Assembly: GCA_965662235.1 (NCBI GenBank)
Contig: CBFIGY010000002.1
Coordinates: forward strand, 203,311 to 267,310
Direction of reading: 5' to 3'
DNA from: an uncultured bacterium
Lineage (GTDB): Bacteria; SAR324; NAC60-12
DNA: 64,000 nt
Position numbers and translations under genes: made by a program. Each line of letters begins with the position of its first letter. Within the stretch, counting starts at the first letter, position 1. This document shows, piece by piece, positions 27,366 to 37,905 of the stretch. The notes under the pieces were generated by a model, which saw nothing but the letters and a program-made list of their open reading frames with translations, made no database searches and was not told where the DNA came from.

Positions 27366-28030
27366 AACGTTCTTTGATTCTCGGGAGCCTCGTGCTCCTC
27401 ATGCTCTCCGCCTGCAAAGGCCCCGCGGTGTTCAGCGAAAGCAACCTTCTTCCCCACATGAAGCACCCCACGCTGGTGCTGCTTTCTGGACGCCCCACCC
27501 TGATCCCCCGGACCGAATGGGCGACGTTGCTTCAAGACGTTGAGGCCCGGCTTCAGGCGATGCCCCAGTTTGGATCTCTGCTGGTCGCTGAGGCTCAGCA
27601 ATCCATCTGGCAGCAGTCCCCCCAGCTCAAGCCTGCACAGGCGCAGTATCAGGCGACCCTGGCGGCCACCGGTGTGTCCGACAAGCAGCTGGCCCGCCAG
27701 CTTCAAGACGCCTATGGCACCAACCGGTTCCTGCTCCTTCAGTTTGAATCCTACTCCTGCACCAAGGAATGCCCCGGCACGCGACAGTGGTTGATCCGCC
27801 TGACCGTCTTGAATCCGGAGTCCGGCAAGCCCGTCTACCGCATCCGCACACAGCGTCAGCTGACCAGCGAGGAAGAGGCTCCGGAAGCCGCCCGCGAGTT
27901 GGCTCAGACCCTGATCTTTGACCTCCTGCAGCAATTTCAATCCGAGTTCACCGTTCCCTGGCATCAGTGGCGCTTTGAGCACCTCAGGCGTCCCGAAGAG
28001 CGCATCGAACGGGCTTCCCTCGGTCTTTAA
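27362..28030 (+). CDS. Hypothetical lipoprotein
   Basis: Lipobox LSAC after a hydrophobic stretch; ATGA overlap with sohB. Confidence 0.7.
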   Translation: MKRSLILGSLVLLMLSACKGPAVFSESNLLPHMKHPTLVLLSGRPTLIPRTEWATLLQDVEARLQAMPQFGSLLVAEAQQSIWQQSPQLKPAQAQYQATLAATGVSDKQLARQLQDAYGTNRFLLLQFESYSCTKECPGTRQWLIRLTVLNPESGKPVYRIRTQRQLTSEEEAPEAARELAQTLIFDLLQQFQSEFTVPWHQWRFEHLRRPEERIERASLGL

Positions 28031-28049
28031 CCCCTGCAACCAATTCCTC

Positions 28050-28721
28050 ATGCACTACTCTGAATGGGCCTCCCGCTGGGAGCAAAACCGCATTGGGTTC
28101 CATGTTCCTGAAGTCAACCCCCGCCTGATCCGCTACGCCGAGGTGCTCCTCACTCCCCGTCCGGAACGCATCCTGGTGCCGCTCTGTGGCAAGAGCCTCG
28201 ACCTGCTGTGGCTGATGGAACGGGCAGACGAGGTGGTTGGTGTGGAGTTGATTCCAAAAGCGATCCATGACTTCTTTGCCGAACATCACCTTGAGGCCAC
28301 AGAAGAAGACGCCGGCCCCCTGAAGCGGCACCGGTACCAGAACCTCTGCATTTACGAAGGAGACATGATGGACCTCACTCCGGAGGTTGCTGGAACCTTT
28401 GATGCCATCTATGACCGTGCCGCCTTGATCGCCCTGGATCCCGATGAGCGCGCCACCTACCGTCCCCACCTGCTGAGGTTTCTCCGACCAGAAGGGCACA
28501 TGCTGCTGATCACGCTAGACTACCTGCCCCGGACCGGAGGCCCTCCGTATAGCGTCAGCGAAGACGAGGTCCGGGAGTTCCTAGCCCCGCACGGGGTGCT
28601 GGAAGAAGTGGAGCACTATGACGCCTTTGAGGAAAGCACCAACCTCCGGCAACGGGGCGTGACGCAGATCTACGAAAACGCGTACCGCTTCATCAAGCAC
28701 CCGCTTCCACAGGAGGGCTGA
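28050..28721 (+). CDS. tpm: Thiopurine S-methyltransferase family protein
   Basis: RWEQNRIGFH, LVPLCGKSLD, IYDRAALIAL, GPPYSV. Confidence 0.9.
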   Translation: MHYSEWASRWEQNRIGFHVPEVNPRLIRYAEVLLTPRPERILVPLCGKSLDLLWLMERADEVVGVELIPKAIHDFFAEHHLEATEEDAGPLKRHRYQNLCIYEGDMMDLTPEVAGTFDAIYDRAALIALDPDERATYRPHLLRFLRPEGHMLLITLDYLPRTGGPPYSVSEDEVREFLAPHGVLEEVEHYDAFEESTNLRQRGVTQIYENAYRFIKHPLPQEG

Positions 28722-29455
28722 TGGGCGTCCTTGCCGTCATTCCTGCGCGTTACGCGTCCACGCGCTTTCCCGGAAAACCTCTGGCGCCCATTCTGGGAAA
28801 GCCCATGATTCAGCATGTGTGGGAACGGGTCACGCAGGTGCCTTCCATTGAGAAGGTCCTGGTCGCAACAGACGACGAGCGGATTGCCGCCGCGGTCCAA
28901 GCGTTCGGAGGCGAGGTTGCGTTGACCTCGGCCGATCATGAAACCGGAACCGATCGCATCGTCGAGGCCGTCGCCGACCAGCCCCACGACTGGGTGCTCA
29001 ACGTACAGGGGGACGAGCCCACGCTGCGGGGGGAGGACCTTGAGCGGCTTATTCAAGCGGCCACTGCTCGTCCGGAGCTTCCTGTAGCAACGCTGATGTT
29101 CCGCATCACGGATCCGGAGCAGCTCCACGATCCCAACATCGTCAAGGTCACCGTGGCTGCCAACGGGCAGGCCCTTTATTTTTCCCGGTCCCTCATTCCC
29201 TACCCGCGGCAGCCTCCGGAAGGAGGACCGGTCGCTTGGAGGCACCTGGGGGTGTACCTGTTCCGACGAAACTTTCTTCTCGAGTACTCACGCTGGCCTC
29301 GGACGCCCCTGGAACAGTGCGAGCAGCTGGAGCAGCTGCGGATTTTGGAAAATGGGCACGCCATTCTTTGTGTGGAAGCTCAAGCAGATGGCGTGGGAGT
29401 CGATGTGCCAGAGGACATTTTGCGGGTGGAAAACCTGCTGAAAACAGGTCACTGA
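28721..29455 (+). CDS. kdsB: CMP-KDO synthetase
   Basis: IPARYASTRFPGKPL, GTDR, NVQGDEP, ALYFSRS, EQLEQLR. Confidence 0.95.
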   Translation: MGVLAVIPARYASTRFPGKPLAPILGKPMIQHVWERVTQVPSIEKVLVATDDERIAAAVQAFGGEVALTSADHETGTDRIVEAVADQPHDWVLNVQGDEPTLRGEDLERLIQAATARPELPVATLMFRITDPEQLHDPNIVKVTVAANGQALYFSRSLIPYPRQPPEGGPVAWRHLGVYLFRRNFLLEYSRWPRTPLEQCEQLEQLRILENGHAILCVEAQADGVGVDVPEDILRVENLLKTGH

Positions 29456-29555
29456 ATGGAAAATCCGCTCTTCCGGAAAGACGGGAAAAATCTTGCCTTG
29501 CCCAAGGAGCTGTCATAGGATGGCCAGCTTGTTCACCTCCTCTTGACTGCTGTTG

Positions 29556-30359
29556 ATGCTGACGGAAACCAAACCCGCCCCAACCGTTCCTGCTTCCGAG
29601 CCCGCCTTTGCCGACCAGATTGATCTGGATCGCCTTCCCCAGCACATTGCCATCATCATGGATGGCAACGGACGGTGGGCCAAGAAACGCCTGTTCCCCC
29701 GTTTTCAGGGACACCGGAATGCGGTTCGGGCGGTCCGAGACACCGTTGAGATCGCGGTTGAGCTGAAGCTCCCCGTTCTCACCCTCTACGCCTTCTCGAC
29801 CGAAAACTGGTCGCGCCCGAAACGGGAAGTGTCCACCCTGATGGACCTGTTTGCCGAGTACCTCGACAAGGAACTCGCAACCATGCTGCAGCACGGGGTC
29901 CGCTTCCGGGTGCTGGGAGACCGAAATGGGCTTCCGGACTTTGTCCAAGAGCGGCTTTCCAAAGCACTTGCTGCGACAGCCGCCAACCCGGGGCTGCTCC
30001 TCAACCTGGCTGTCAACTATGGCGGACGGGCGGAACTGGTTCGAGGCATGCGCCTGATTGCAGAACAGGTCCGGGCGGGACAGCTTGCCCCAGACGACAT
30101 CACAGAGGCGCTTGTCTCTGACTACACCTACACGGCTGGGGTGCCCGACCCAGACCTGATCATCCGGACAAGCGGCGAGCAACGGACGTCAAACTTCCTG
30201 ACCTGGCAATCGGCTTACTCGGAGCTTTACTTCACGGAAACCCTCTGGCCCGACTTCACCAAGGCTGACTTTGTGGAAGCCATCCGGGTCTTCCAGTCCC
30301 GGGACCGGAGGATGGGAGGGGTTCCTTCCGCAGACCCTGAGGACCACGAGGCGCTATGA
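29556..30359 (+). CDS. uppS: Undecaprenyl diphosphate synthase
   Basis: HIAIIMDGNGRWA, YAFSTENW, NYGGR, IIRTSGEQRTSNF, LWPDF. Confidence 0.96.
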   Translation: MLTETKPAPTVPASEPAFADQIDLDRLPQHIAIIMDGNGRWAKKRLFPRFQGHRNAVRAVRDTVEIAVELKLPVLTLYAFSTENWSRPKREVSTLMDLFAEYLDKELATMLQHGVRFRVLGDRNGLPDFVQERLSKALAATAANPGLLLNLAVNYGGRAELVRGMRLIAEQVRAGQLAPDDITEALVSDYTYTAGVPDPDLIIRTSGEQRTSNFLTWQSAYSELYFTETLWPDFTKADFVEAIRVFQSRDRRMGGVPSADPEDHEAL

Positions 30360-31177
30360 TCCCTGAGGCATTTAAAAATCCGGACGTCCTGACCCGTGTC
30401 AAGAGCGGCGTTCCCTTGGCCTTGGGAGCAGTGTTGCTGCTCGGGTATGCCCCCTTCAGCTGGGTGGCCACCATGGTCCTGGTGGTGGGCGTGATTGGGG
30501 CTTGGGAGTTTCAGCAGATGTTTGCCCAAACACCGGGACGCCTCCCCGGAGGCCTGCTTCCACTAGCGTCACTGCTCTGCGGGCTCAGTGCCGTGTTCGG
30601 AGGCGTTGCCGGCCTCAGCGCCGGGCTGCTCATCACCGTCGTCCTCTGGCTGGTGCATGAGTTGATCTACCGGCCCAAGGTCGCTCTGATGGAGCTCTAC
30701 TCCATGGGCATTGGTCTCTTTGGCCTGCTCTGGGTCGTGTGGTCCATTCAGCACTTCACCCTCATCCGGGCCCTCTCTGAAGGCACCGCGCTGCTCTTCT
30801 TCCTCCTGCTGGTGATTTCCTTTAGCGACATTGCCGCCTACTTCGGAGGCAAGCGGTGGGGCAAGACCAAGCTCGCTCCAACAATCAGTCCCAAAAAAAC
30901 CTGGGAAGGCAGTGCCTGCGGAGTCGCCGTGGCAGCCCTGATCGGACTCCTCCACGCCGGGATCTTCTTGACCTTAACCTGGCAGGCCGCTTTACTGCTG
31001 GCAGTGAGTACCGCCATCGTTGGTCAAATTGGTGACCTCGTGGAGTCCAAGATCAAGCGCCTGTGTGAGGTTAAGGACTCCGGGGCCCTGCTCCCCGGAC
31101 ATGGAGGCATCTTGGACCGCATTGACGGACACCTCCTAGCGGCGCCTCTGTTCTACTACCTCATGCTCCTGACATGA
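30356..31177 (+). CDS. cdsA: Phosphatidate cytidylyltransferase
   Basis: ISPKKTWEG, GDLVESKIKR, KDSG..LPGHGGILDRID. Confidence 0.95.
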   Translation: MIPEAFKNPDVLTRVKSGVPLALGAVLLLGYAPFSWVATMVLVVGVIGAWEFQQMFAQTPGRLPGGLLPLASLLCGLSAVFGGVAGLSAGLLITVVLWLVHELIYRPKVALMELYSMGIGLFGLLWVVWSIQHFTLIRALSEGTALLFFLLLVISFSDIAAYFGGKRWGKTKLAPTISPKKTWEGSACGVAVAALIGLLHAGIFLTLTWQAALLLAVSTAIVGQIGDLVESKIKRLCEVKDSGALLPGHGGILDRIDGHLLAAPLFYYLMLLT

Positions 31178-32379
31178 CCTCTGGAAAGCGTCTTGCGGTT
31201 CTCGGATCCACCGGCTCCATTGGAACCAGTACCCTGGACATCGTCCGGCAATTTCCGGAAGCCTTCTCCCTCCATGCCCTGACCTGCCACTCCTCCGTTG
31301 ATCGCCTGGCGGAGCAAATTCGCGAATTCCAGCCTTCTGTGGTGTGCGTTCACGACGAAAAAGACGCAGCCGCTCTACGGGAAAGCTTTCCGAACGTGAC
31401 CGTGCTCGCGGGTCCGGAAGCGCTGGGGGAGGTGGCCGCCGACGATGCAGTGGACCTAGTGGTCGCCGGAATCGTAGGCGCTGCTGGGCTGGGCTCCGTC
31501 TTTGCTGCCGTCCGCGCCGGGAAGCCGGTTGCGATGGCCAACAAGGAGCCTCTGGTGCTTGCCGGTGAGTTGCTCCTGCAGGAAGCGGAACGCACTGGAG
31601 CCGTCTTGCTGCCGACTGACAGCGAACACAACGCCATCTTCCAGGCGCTCCAGGGACAGCAACAGGACCGCGTCAAGCGCCTCATCCTTACCGCCTCCGG
31701 AGGAGCCTTCCGAGACCGTCCCCTTGAAACCTTCGACGCCATCCGTCCGGAAGAAGCTCTGGCGCATCCAAACTGGAGCATGGGCCCCAAGATTACAGTG
31801 GACTCTGCAACCATGATGAACAAGGGGCTCGAAGTGATTGAGGCCCACTGGTTGTTTCAGGTACCTGTGACAGCGATTGAAGTGGTCCTCCACCGCCAGA
31901 GCATCGTCCACTCACTGGTCGAGTACGTCGACGGCTCTTTCCTAGCTCAGCTGGGGCAGCCGGACATGCGCATTCCCATCTCCTACTGCCTGGCCTATCC
32001 AGACCGCCTGCCGATCACGCTTCCGGAGTTGGACATTGCCACCCTGGGCGCCCTCAACTTCCAGCCTCTAGACCCGCAACGTTACCCCTGTCTGCAGCTG
32101 GCCGTTGAGGCCGCTCAGCACGGAGGCAGCGCCCCAGCTGTGCTCAACGGAGCCAATGAGGTCGCGGTCGATGCCTTCCTCGAAAACCGGTGCCGTTTCA
32201 CCGACATCGCCGCCATCCTCCGCAGGGTTCTTGACCTGTGGCACACAACCCTTCAAACTGAACAGCATCCTGTGTTTCTCCAAGCGCCCCAGGAGATCCG
32301 TGACGCCATTGCGGCGGATGCTTGGGGACGTGCCCAAGCCGAGCAGTGGCTTGAGGCATCGGCAACGACTGTTTCCTAG
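31174..32379 (+). CDS. dxr: 1-deoxy-D-xylulose 5-phosphate reductoisomerase
   Basis: LGSTGSIG, ANKE, PTDSEH, HPNWSMGPKITVDSATMMNKGLEVIEA. Confidence 0.97.
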   Translation: MTSGKRLAVLGSTGSIGTSTLDIVRQFPEAFSLHALTCHSSVDRLAEQIREFQPSVVCVHDEKDAAALRESFPNVTVLAGPEALGEVAADDAVDLVVAGIVGAAGLGSVFAAVRAGKPVAMANKEPLVLAGELLLQEAERTGAVLLPTDSEHNAIFQALQGQQQDRVKRLILTASGGAFRDRPLETFDAIRPEEALAHPNWSMGPKITVDSATMMNKGLEVIEAHWLFQVPVTAIEVVLHRQSIVHSLVEYVDGSFLAQLGQPDMRIPISYCLAYPDRLPITLPELDIATLGALNFQPLDPQRYPCLQLAVEAAQHGGSAPAVLNGANEVAVDAFLENRCRFTDIAAILRRVLDLWHTTLQTEQHPVFLQAPQEIRDAIAADAWGRAQAEQWLEASATTVS

Positions 32380-32399
32380 AACCTCTCCAAGGCACCCTT

Positions 32400-33704
32400 A
32401 TGACCACCATTGTCATTTTTCTGCTGGTTCTGAGCTTCTTGGTCTTCATCCATGAGTTGGGCCACTACTTGGCGGCACGGCACGTTGGGGTTCGGGTGGA
32501 ATCCTTCTCCATTGGGTTTCCTCCCAGGGTCTGGAGCAAGCGGGTCGGAGACACCGAGTACATGCTCTCGGCCATTCCCCTCGGAGGCTACGTCCGTCTT
32601 TATGGACAAAACGTTGACGACGAGGACCCGACGGATCCGCAAAACTATGCCGCCAAGACCCGGCTGCAGCGCCTCTACATCCTCGTGGCCGGTCCTGCAG
32701 CCAATCTGCTGCTCGCCCTGATCTTCATGCCGTTGGTGTTCTGGATGGGAACCGAGGTTCCGGTGTACCTGAAGGAGCCCGCCAAGATCAGCTCTGTCAC
32801 CGAAGGCAGTGTCGCTGCCGACCTAGGGCTGCAGGCACAGGACTGGGTGGTTTCCCTCAATGGCCAACCGACGCCCACTTGGCAGGCGGTCAACGACTCC
32901 CTCGCACAACTCGGTCCGGGCGCCACGCTGCAGATCGAGTACGACCGTCAGGGTGAGCTGCTGGACGCCAGCGTTCCGGCAGAACGCTTCCAGCGCGAAG
33001 GCTCCCTTGGGTGGTCTCCGCTGATTCCACCAGTGGTCGGACGCCTGGTCCCTGAGTCGCCTGCTGCCGCGGCCGGACTGCAACCGGGAGACCGCATCCT
33101 CTCCATCAACGGAGTGGCCATCACCGAATGGTCACAGATCACGCAAACCGTGATGGACCTCGAAGCGAGCTACGAAACACCGGTGCCTCTGACCCTGGAA
33201 GTCGACCGCAACGGAGCCCCCTGGGAAGCCCAGCTCACGCCGTACCTGGATCCGGAATCCGATCGGCTGTTGCTTGGAATGGGAATGGCGATGGAAAACC
33301 GGAGCTTTCCCGTGGGAGAGGCGATCACCCGAGGCGTGGACCGACTGGGCTTCATGATTGGAGCCACCTTCGGCTTCATTGGCCAGATGCTCTCTGGTCA
33401 AGGCTCCATGGATGACCTGGGCGGCCCTGTCCGGATTGGCATGGTGGTGGGTCAGGCCGCAGAAAATGGCTGGACGGAACTGTTCTTCATGATGGCGGTG
33501 ATCAGCCTGCAGCTTGGCATCTTCAACCTCCTCCCCATCCCTGCACTGGATGGCGGACACATCCTCATGCTCGGCGTGGAGAAGCTCAAGGGCGGCCCCC
33601 TCAGTGCCACCCTCCGGGAGCGGACGCAGATGCTCGGCTTCTCTGTGCTGCTGGCGCTGATGCTGTTTGTGACCTACAACGACCTCATTCAGGTCGTCAA
33701 CTGA
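32400..33704 (+). CDS. rseP: RIP metalloprotease RseP with two PDZ domains
   Basis: HELGH, AIPLGGYV, AGPAAN, FNLLPIPALDGG. Confidence 0.95.
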   Translation: MTTIVIFLLVLSFLVFIHELGHYLAARHVGVRVESFSIGFPPRVWSKRVGDTEYMLSAIPLGGYVRLYGQNVDDEDPTDPQNYAAKTRLQRLYILVAGPAANLLLALIFMPLVFWMGTEVPVYLKEPAKISSVTEGSVAADLGLQAQDWVVSLNGQPTPTWQAVNDSLAQLGPGATLQIEYDRQGELLDASVPAERFQREGSLGWSPLIPPVVGRLVPESPAAAAGLQPGDRILSINGVAITEWSQITQTVMDLEASYETPVPLTLEVDRNGAPWEAQLTPYLDPESDRLLLGMGMAMENRSFPVGEAITRGVDRLGFMIGATFGFIGQMLSGQGSMDDLGGPVRIGMVVGQAAENGWTELFFMMAVISLQLGIFNLLPIPALDGGHILMLGVEKLKGGPLSATLRERTQMLGFSVLLALMLFVTYNDLIQVVN

Positions 33705-33752
33705 CGCTCCGGGGCCTTCCCCGTCTTCCCCTCTGATTCCAGGAGGCGTTGC

Positions 33753-35015
33753 TCAGAGGCGCGCCTCCACCCACTCTGCCCACGCCAGCGTTTCCGCATC
33801 CTTTCCCGGAGGTCCAAGCACCTGCACCCCGACCGGAAGCTGGTTTGGACCGGTTCCCACCGGCAGGTGAATGCCCGGACCGCCTAGGACATGCCAGATG
33901 CGATTGAAGAGCGGATTTCCGGTGTTGTCGATGCCGTACGGGGCCTCGCCTCCTGCACTCAGACTCAGAACCACGTCACACGTTTGAAAGACTTCCGGAA
34001 GCCGCTGCTGGGCGGTCTGCACGGTTTGCTGAGCCTCCTCCCAAACCTGAAACGGCCACTCCAGCGCCGGTTCCAGAAGCCCCCGGATCCGGTCACTTAG
34101 GTTTTCCGGCTGACTGGAGAGTTCCGGAAGAGCACTCCGAGCCGACTCATAGACCTGAATCGTGCTTTGGGCCTGCGTCAGGGCGTCTTCATCCACCGGA
34201 AACGTGATGTCCTGAACCGAGGCGCCTGAATCCCGGAGCGCCTGTGCGGTTTTTTCCAGCACCTTCTGCACAGAGGCCTCGGCCTTCTCCCAGTGCACGG
34301 TCCGGTGCAGTCCAATCCGGGGCGCCTGACCGGGTGCCGGCCGGGGGGCTTCTCCGAGCAACCCCTGGCGGATCAGCTTCAGGTCGGTCACACAACGGGT
34401 GAAGAACCCCAGGGTGTCCAGCGAAGGCGCCATCAGCTTGGTTCCAGCAATCGGGAAGTGCCCAAAGGTGGGTTTGTAACCGACCACTCCGCAGAACGCT
34501 GCTGGGCGAATGACGGACCCGGCCGTCTGCGACCCCACCGCAAAGGGAGCCATCAGCGCTGCCACTGCAGCCGCCGACCCGCTGGACGACCCACCAGGCG
34601 TGTGCTCCGGATTCACCGGATTTTTGGTGGGGCCAGGAGAGAACATCGCAAACTCGGTGGTGACGGTTTTTCCCATCAGCACCGCGCCGGCACGTCGCAG
34701 CGCCGCAACGCACGCGGCATCGGTTGCCGGCTGGTGGCCTTGGTAAGCCGCGCACCCGTATTCTGTGGGAAAATCACAGGTGTCGAGAATATCCTTCACT
34801 CCAACCGGAATGCCGTGCAGGGGGCCTCTCCGGGGAATGCGGTCGAGGATCTGCGCCTGTGCCAGAGCAACATCTGGAGCGAGGTACGCCCACGCCTGTA
34901 GCTCCGGCTCGCGCTGGCGAGAGTGCTCCAGGCAGTCGGCCACCAACTGTTCGCTGGTGATGTCACGACGTTCCAGCATCCGGGATGCTTCTGTCAGGGT
35001 AAGGTCAATGAGCAT
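33753..35015 (-). CDS. Amidase signature family protein
   Basis: GPLHGIPVGVKD, PGGSSSGSAAAV, GSQTAGSVIRPAAFCG. Confidence 0.92.
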   Translation of the reverse strand: MLIDLTLTEASRMLERRDITSEQLVADCLEHSRQREPELQAWAYLAPDVALAQAQILDRIPRRGPLHGIPVGVKDILDTCDFPTEYGCAAYQGHQPATDAACVAALRRAGAVLMGKTVTTEFAMFSPGPTKNPVNPEHTPGGSSSGSAAAVAALMAPFAVGSQTAGSVIRPAAFCGVVGYKPTFGHFPIAGTKLMAPSLDTLGFFTRCVTDLKLIRQGLLGEAPRPAPGQAPRIGLHRTVHWEKAEASVQKVLEKTAQALRDSGASVQDITFPVDEDALTQAQSTIQVYESARSALPELSSQPENLSDRIRGLLEPALEWPFQVWEEAQQTVQTAQQRLPEVFQTCDVVLSLSAGGEAPYGIDNTGNPLFNRIWHVLGGPGIHLPVGTGPNQLPVGVQVLGPPGKDAETLAWAEWVEARL

Positions 35016-35036
35016 GGTCGGCAGTTGCGAGTGGGG

Positions 35037-36263
35037 TTAGGCGTCAGCGCCACGGGGAGCTGAGGCCAGACGAGCACGGAGGGTCCAGATCAAGGCGAGC
35101 ACCTGAGCTGCCAGCAGACCTCCCAGGGCCACCTGGTAGCCCACCGGGTCATAATGTCCGGAGGCGTCCACCGGCCAGAGGTCAATCAAGGCACCAATGC
35201 CCCACTGCACCGCAAAGGCGGCCACAAAAACGAGCAGGTTCAGGAGCGTGTTCACCCGTCCGGCAAGGTGACGTGGAAACTGCTGGGAGAGCCCTGCATA
35301 CGGAAGAATGCCCGCCGTTGCAAAGAAGCTGAACCCAAGCAGCAGCACCAGCGGTGCCGCAGCCCATTCCAGGACCATCAGCAGCTGAAAGCCCATGAAG
35401 ACCACCATGGCCACCAGCGAGATCTTCAGCGGAGGCAGTCCCAGGGTCCGGGAAATCCGGGCGGTCAGGGAGCCTAGTCCCATGAAGCCGGCGATCATGG
35501 CCAGGGTCATCCAGAAGAGCATCCCAGCCGCCTGATCGGCATCAAAGCCCAGCACGTCCCGCATCCACGGCTTCACCCACAGGCCCTGAATCGCCAGCTG
35601 CGCGGCCTGTGAGAACATGGTCAGCGGAGCAATGCTCCAAAAGAGGGGGCTGCGGATGACACTCATCAGTCCCTGCCGTTGCTGCTCAAAGGTCTCAGGC
35701 TCGCCTTCCGGAGGACGCTCCGGGTGCACCAACCAGAGAAACGCAGAAGCGACCAGCGTTGCCACCGCCAGTCCCCAGAAAATGCCACGCCAGGTGGTGA
35801 AGTGCAGCGCCCACTGCAGAGGCGCCGTTGCGCTGAGGGCCCCGAGGCCTCCGGCCACCATCTGCAAACCGTTGATCAGGGGCAGGCGCTCTGGAGGAAA
35901 CCACATGACGTACGCCTTGAATGCAGCCATCAGACATGCCGACACCCCAAACCCAATCAGCAGGCGTCCCAGAATGAGTCCCGAGAGGCCTTCTGCAGTC
36001 GCAAAGACCACGGCTCCGATGGCGGCGAAGAGGAGCAGCGTTCCCTCGGTTTTCCGGGTTCCAAACCGGTCCAGCAGCAGTCCCAGCGGAAGCTGAAAGG
36101 CGGCAAAGGAAATGAAGTAGGCGCTGGTCAGCAGTCCCAAACTCGACGCACTGAGCGCCAACTCGTCTACTAGGTCCGCTTCAATGATGGCGTTGGCATT
36201 CCGGAAGAAGTAGGAAAGGGCGTATCCCAGAGCAAGGGGCAGGTAAACACGGAGAAACAGCAT
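35037..36263 (-). CDS. MFS transporter
   Basis: QLPLGLLLDRFGTR (motif A); about 12 TM helices. Confidence 0.9.
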   Translation of the reverse strand: MLFLRVYLPLALGYALSYFFRNANAIIEADLVDELALSASSLGLLTSAYFISFAAFQLPLGLLLDRFGTRKTEGTLLLFAAIGAVVFATAEGLSGLILGRLLIGFGVSACLMAAFKAYVMWFPPERLPLINGLQMVAGGLGALSATAPLQWALHFTTWRGIFWGLAVATLVASAFLWLVHPERPPEGEPETFEQQRQGLMSVIRSPLFWSIAPLTMFSQAAQLAIQGLWVKPWMRDVLGFDADQAAGMLFWMTLAMIAGFMGLGSLTARISRTLGLPPLKISLVAMVVFMGFQLLMVLEWAAAPLVLLLGFSFFATAGILPYAGLSQQFPRHLAGRVNTLLNLLVFVAAFAVQWGIGALIDLWPVDASGHYDPVGYQVALGGLLAAQVLALIWTLRARLASAPRGADA

Positions 36264-36274
36264 GCCAGAGGCTC

Positions 36275-36916
36275 CTAGAATTCGATGCCAACCCGGGCCC
36301 GAACTCCCTGGTCGAAGTGATGCTTGACCTTGCGCATCTCTGTCACCACATCCGCCCGGGCCAGAACCTCCTCATGCGGGTAACGTCCGGTAAAGACCAG
36401 TTCCACCTGCTCCGGCCGGCCGTCCACCACCTTGAGGACCTGTTCCACATTGATGAGCCCACGGTGCAGGCAGTAGTTGATTTCATCGACAATGACGAGG
36501 TCGTAGTCTCCGGAGTGCACCCGCTGATAGAGGTCTTCCATCTCAGGAACCATCTCGGCTCGCATGGCCTCAATGTCTTGCTTGACGTGCTTGCTGACAC
36601 ACAGGGCCCAGTAGTGGGGGACGTTCCGGAAGGTCAGGTTGGGATGAAAGCCGGGCTGGCCACAGAGCTTCAACTCCCCGGTTTTCCAGCGGGGCTTCAG
36701 CATCCGCAGGTAGTACACCTTCAGGCCCGCCCCCAGGGCGCGGAGCATCAGCCCCAAAGACGCGGTACTCTTGCCCTTGCCTTCGCCGGTGTAGATCTGA
36801 AAGGCCCCGTGCTTCATGCGGGGACGCTTGGTGACCTGCAGGGGTTCGCGCTCAAACGCTTCGGTCTCCTGCATCGCGTCGGGGTGCTCTTCCAGCCCCT
36901 GAGAAGTTGTGGTCAT
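36275..36916 (-). CDS. cobO: Cob(I)alamin adenosyltransferase (CobO/BtuR family)
   Basis: IYTGEGKGKSTA, VDEIN, ELVFTGR, ADVVTEM..KHHFDQGV.AR.GIEF. Confidence 0.9.
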   Translation of the reverse strand: MTTTSQGLEEHPDAMQETEAFEREPLQVTKRPRMKHGAFQIYTGEGKGKSTASLGLMLRALGAGLKVYYLRMLKPRWKTGELKLCGQPGFHPNLTFRNVPHYWALCVSKHVKQDIEAMRAEMVPEMEDLYQRVHSGDYDLVIVDEINYCLHRGLINVEQVLKVVDGRPEQVELVFTGRYPHEEVLARADVVTEMRKVKHHFDQGVRARVGIEF

Positions 36917-37074
36917 CGGTTATGAATGAAGGTGAAGGGTCCGTGTTGCTCAGGACAGCAGAGCCGGCTCTGGCTCCGGCCGCAAGGGGTCGAGTGTTTC
37001 AGGTCCGGTAGCATAGCACAAGCAAAGTTGTCCGGAAATTGCTTTCTCCTTCTTAATTGAACTCAGGAGTTGAC

Positions 37075-37905
37075 ATGAAAGAGGATTTGCAAAGTTTTGG
37101 GGTTGCGCTTGGAGGAGGAGCCTTCCGGGGAGCAGCTCATTTGGGAGTACTGAAGGCGTTGGAGGAAGAAGGCCTCCGGCCCGGGTTCCTTGCGGGAACC
37201 AGCGCTGGCGCCATGGTCGCCGCCTTCTATGCCTTTGGCGTGTCTCCTGAAGACATTCGCCAACTGGCCCGGGAGCTGAAGTGGCTCCGGGTGTCCAGCT
37301 TCACCCTTTCCAAAATGGGCCTGCTCTCCAATGCCGAAATTGGACGCTTCATGGAGCAGCACCTCGGCAACGTCTTGCTGGAAGATGCCCCCATTCCACT
37401 GGCCGTTGTGGCCACCAACATTCAGACGGGGGAGAAGGTCGTCATCAAGAGCGGACCGGTCGCGCACGCCGTGATGGCCAGCACCTGCATTCCCGGACTC
37501 TTCACCCCGGTGCAGACGCAGGACCAGATGCTTGTGGATGGGATGCTTGTGGAGAACGTTCCGGTCTCCGTCCTCAAGGCAATGGGCGCTCCGCTTTCGG
37601 TTGCCGTGCACCTGAGCAGCGACCACTACCGGAAGCCTCAGAGTCTTGCAGAGGTCCTGCTCAACGCCCTCACCGTTGCGGTGAATCAAACAACGCAACG
37701 GCAGCTGGAACAGGCCGATGTCATCGTCCATCCGAATCTGGACGGCTACGGACTCATGGACCCCAGCAACAGCGTCAAGCTTTATGCGGAAGGCTACCGA
37801 GCAGGCGTTTTGGCGGTGGAGCAGATCCGGCAGGAGCTGGAGAAGCAGGGGCCGTCATCGTTTGAAATCCTGGAGAAACGCTTTCGTCAGTGGCTTCACT
37901 CCTGA
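37075..37905 (+). CDS. Patatin-like phospholipase
   Basis: LGGGAFRG, GTSAG nucleophile motif, VDG motif. The 3' end overlaps murJ by 10 nt. Confidence 0.9.
   Translation: MKEDLQSFGVALGGGAFRGAAHLGVLKALEEEGLRPGFLAGTSAGAMVAAFYAFGVSPEDIRQLARELKWLRVSSFTLSKMGLLSNAEIGRFMEQHLGNVLLEDAPIPLAVVATNIQTGEKVVIKSGPVAHAVMASTCIPGLFTPVQTQDQMLVDGMLVENVPVSVLKAMGAPLSVAVHLSSDHYRKPQSLAEVLLNALTVAVNQTTQRQLEQADVIVHPNLDGYGLMDPSNSVKLYAEGYRAGVLAVEQIRQELEKQGPSSFEILEKRFRQWLHS

Noticed and set aside
36917..37060. Possible cobalamin riboswitch upstream of cobO
   Set aside because: I found no B12-box or GGGAA/GCCACTG elements on the minus strand.
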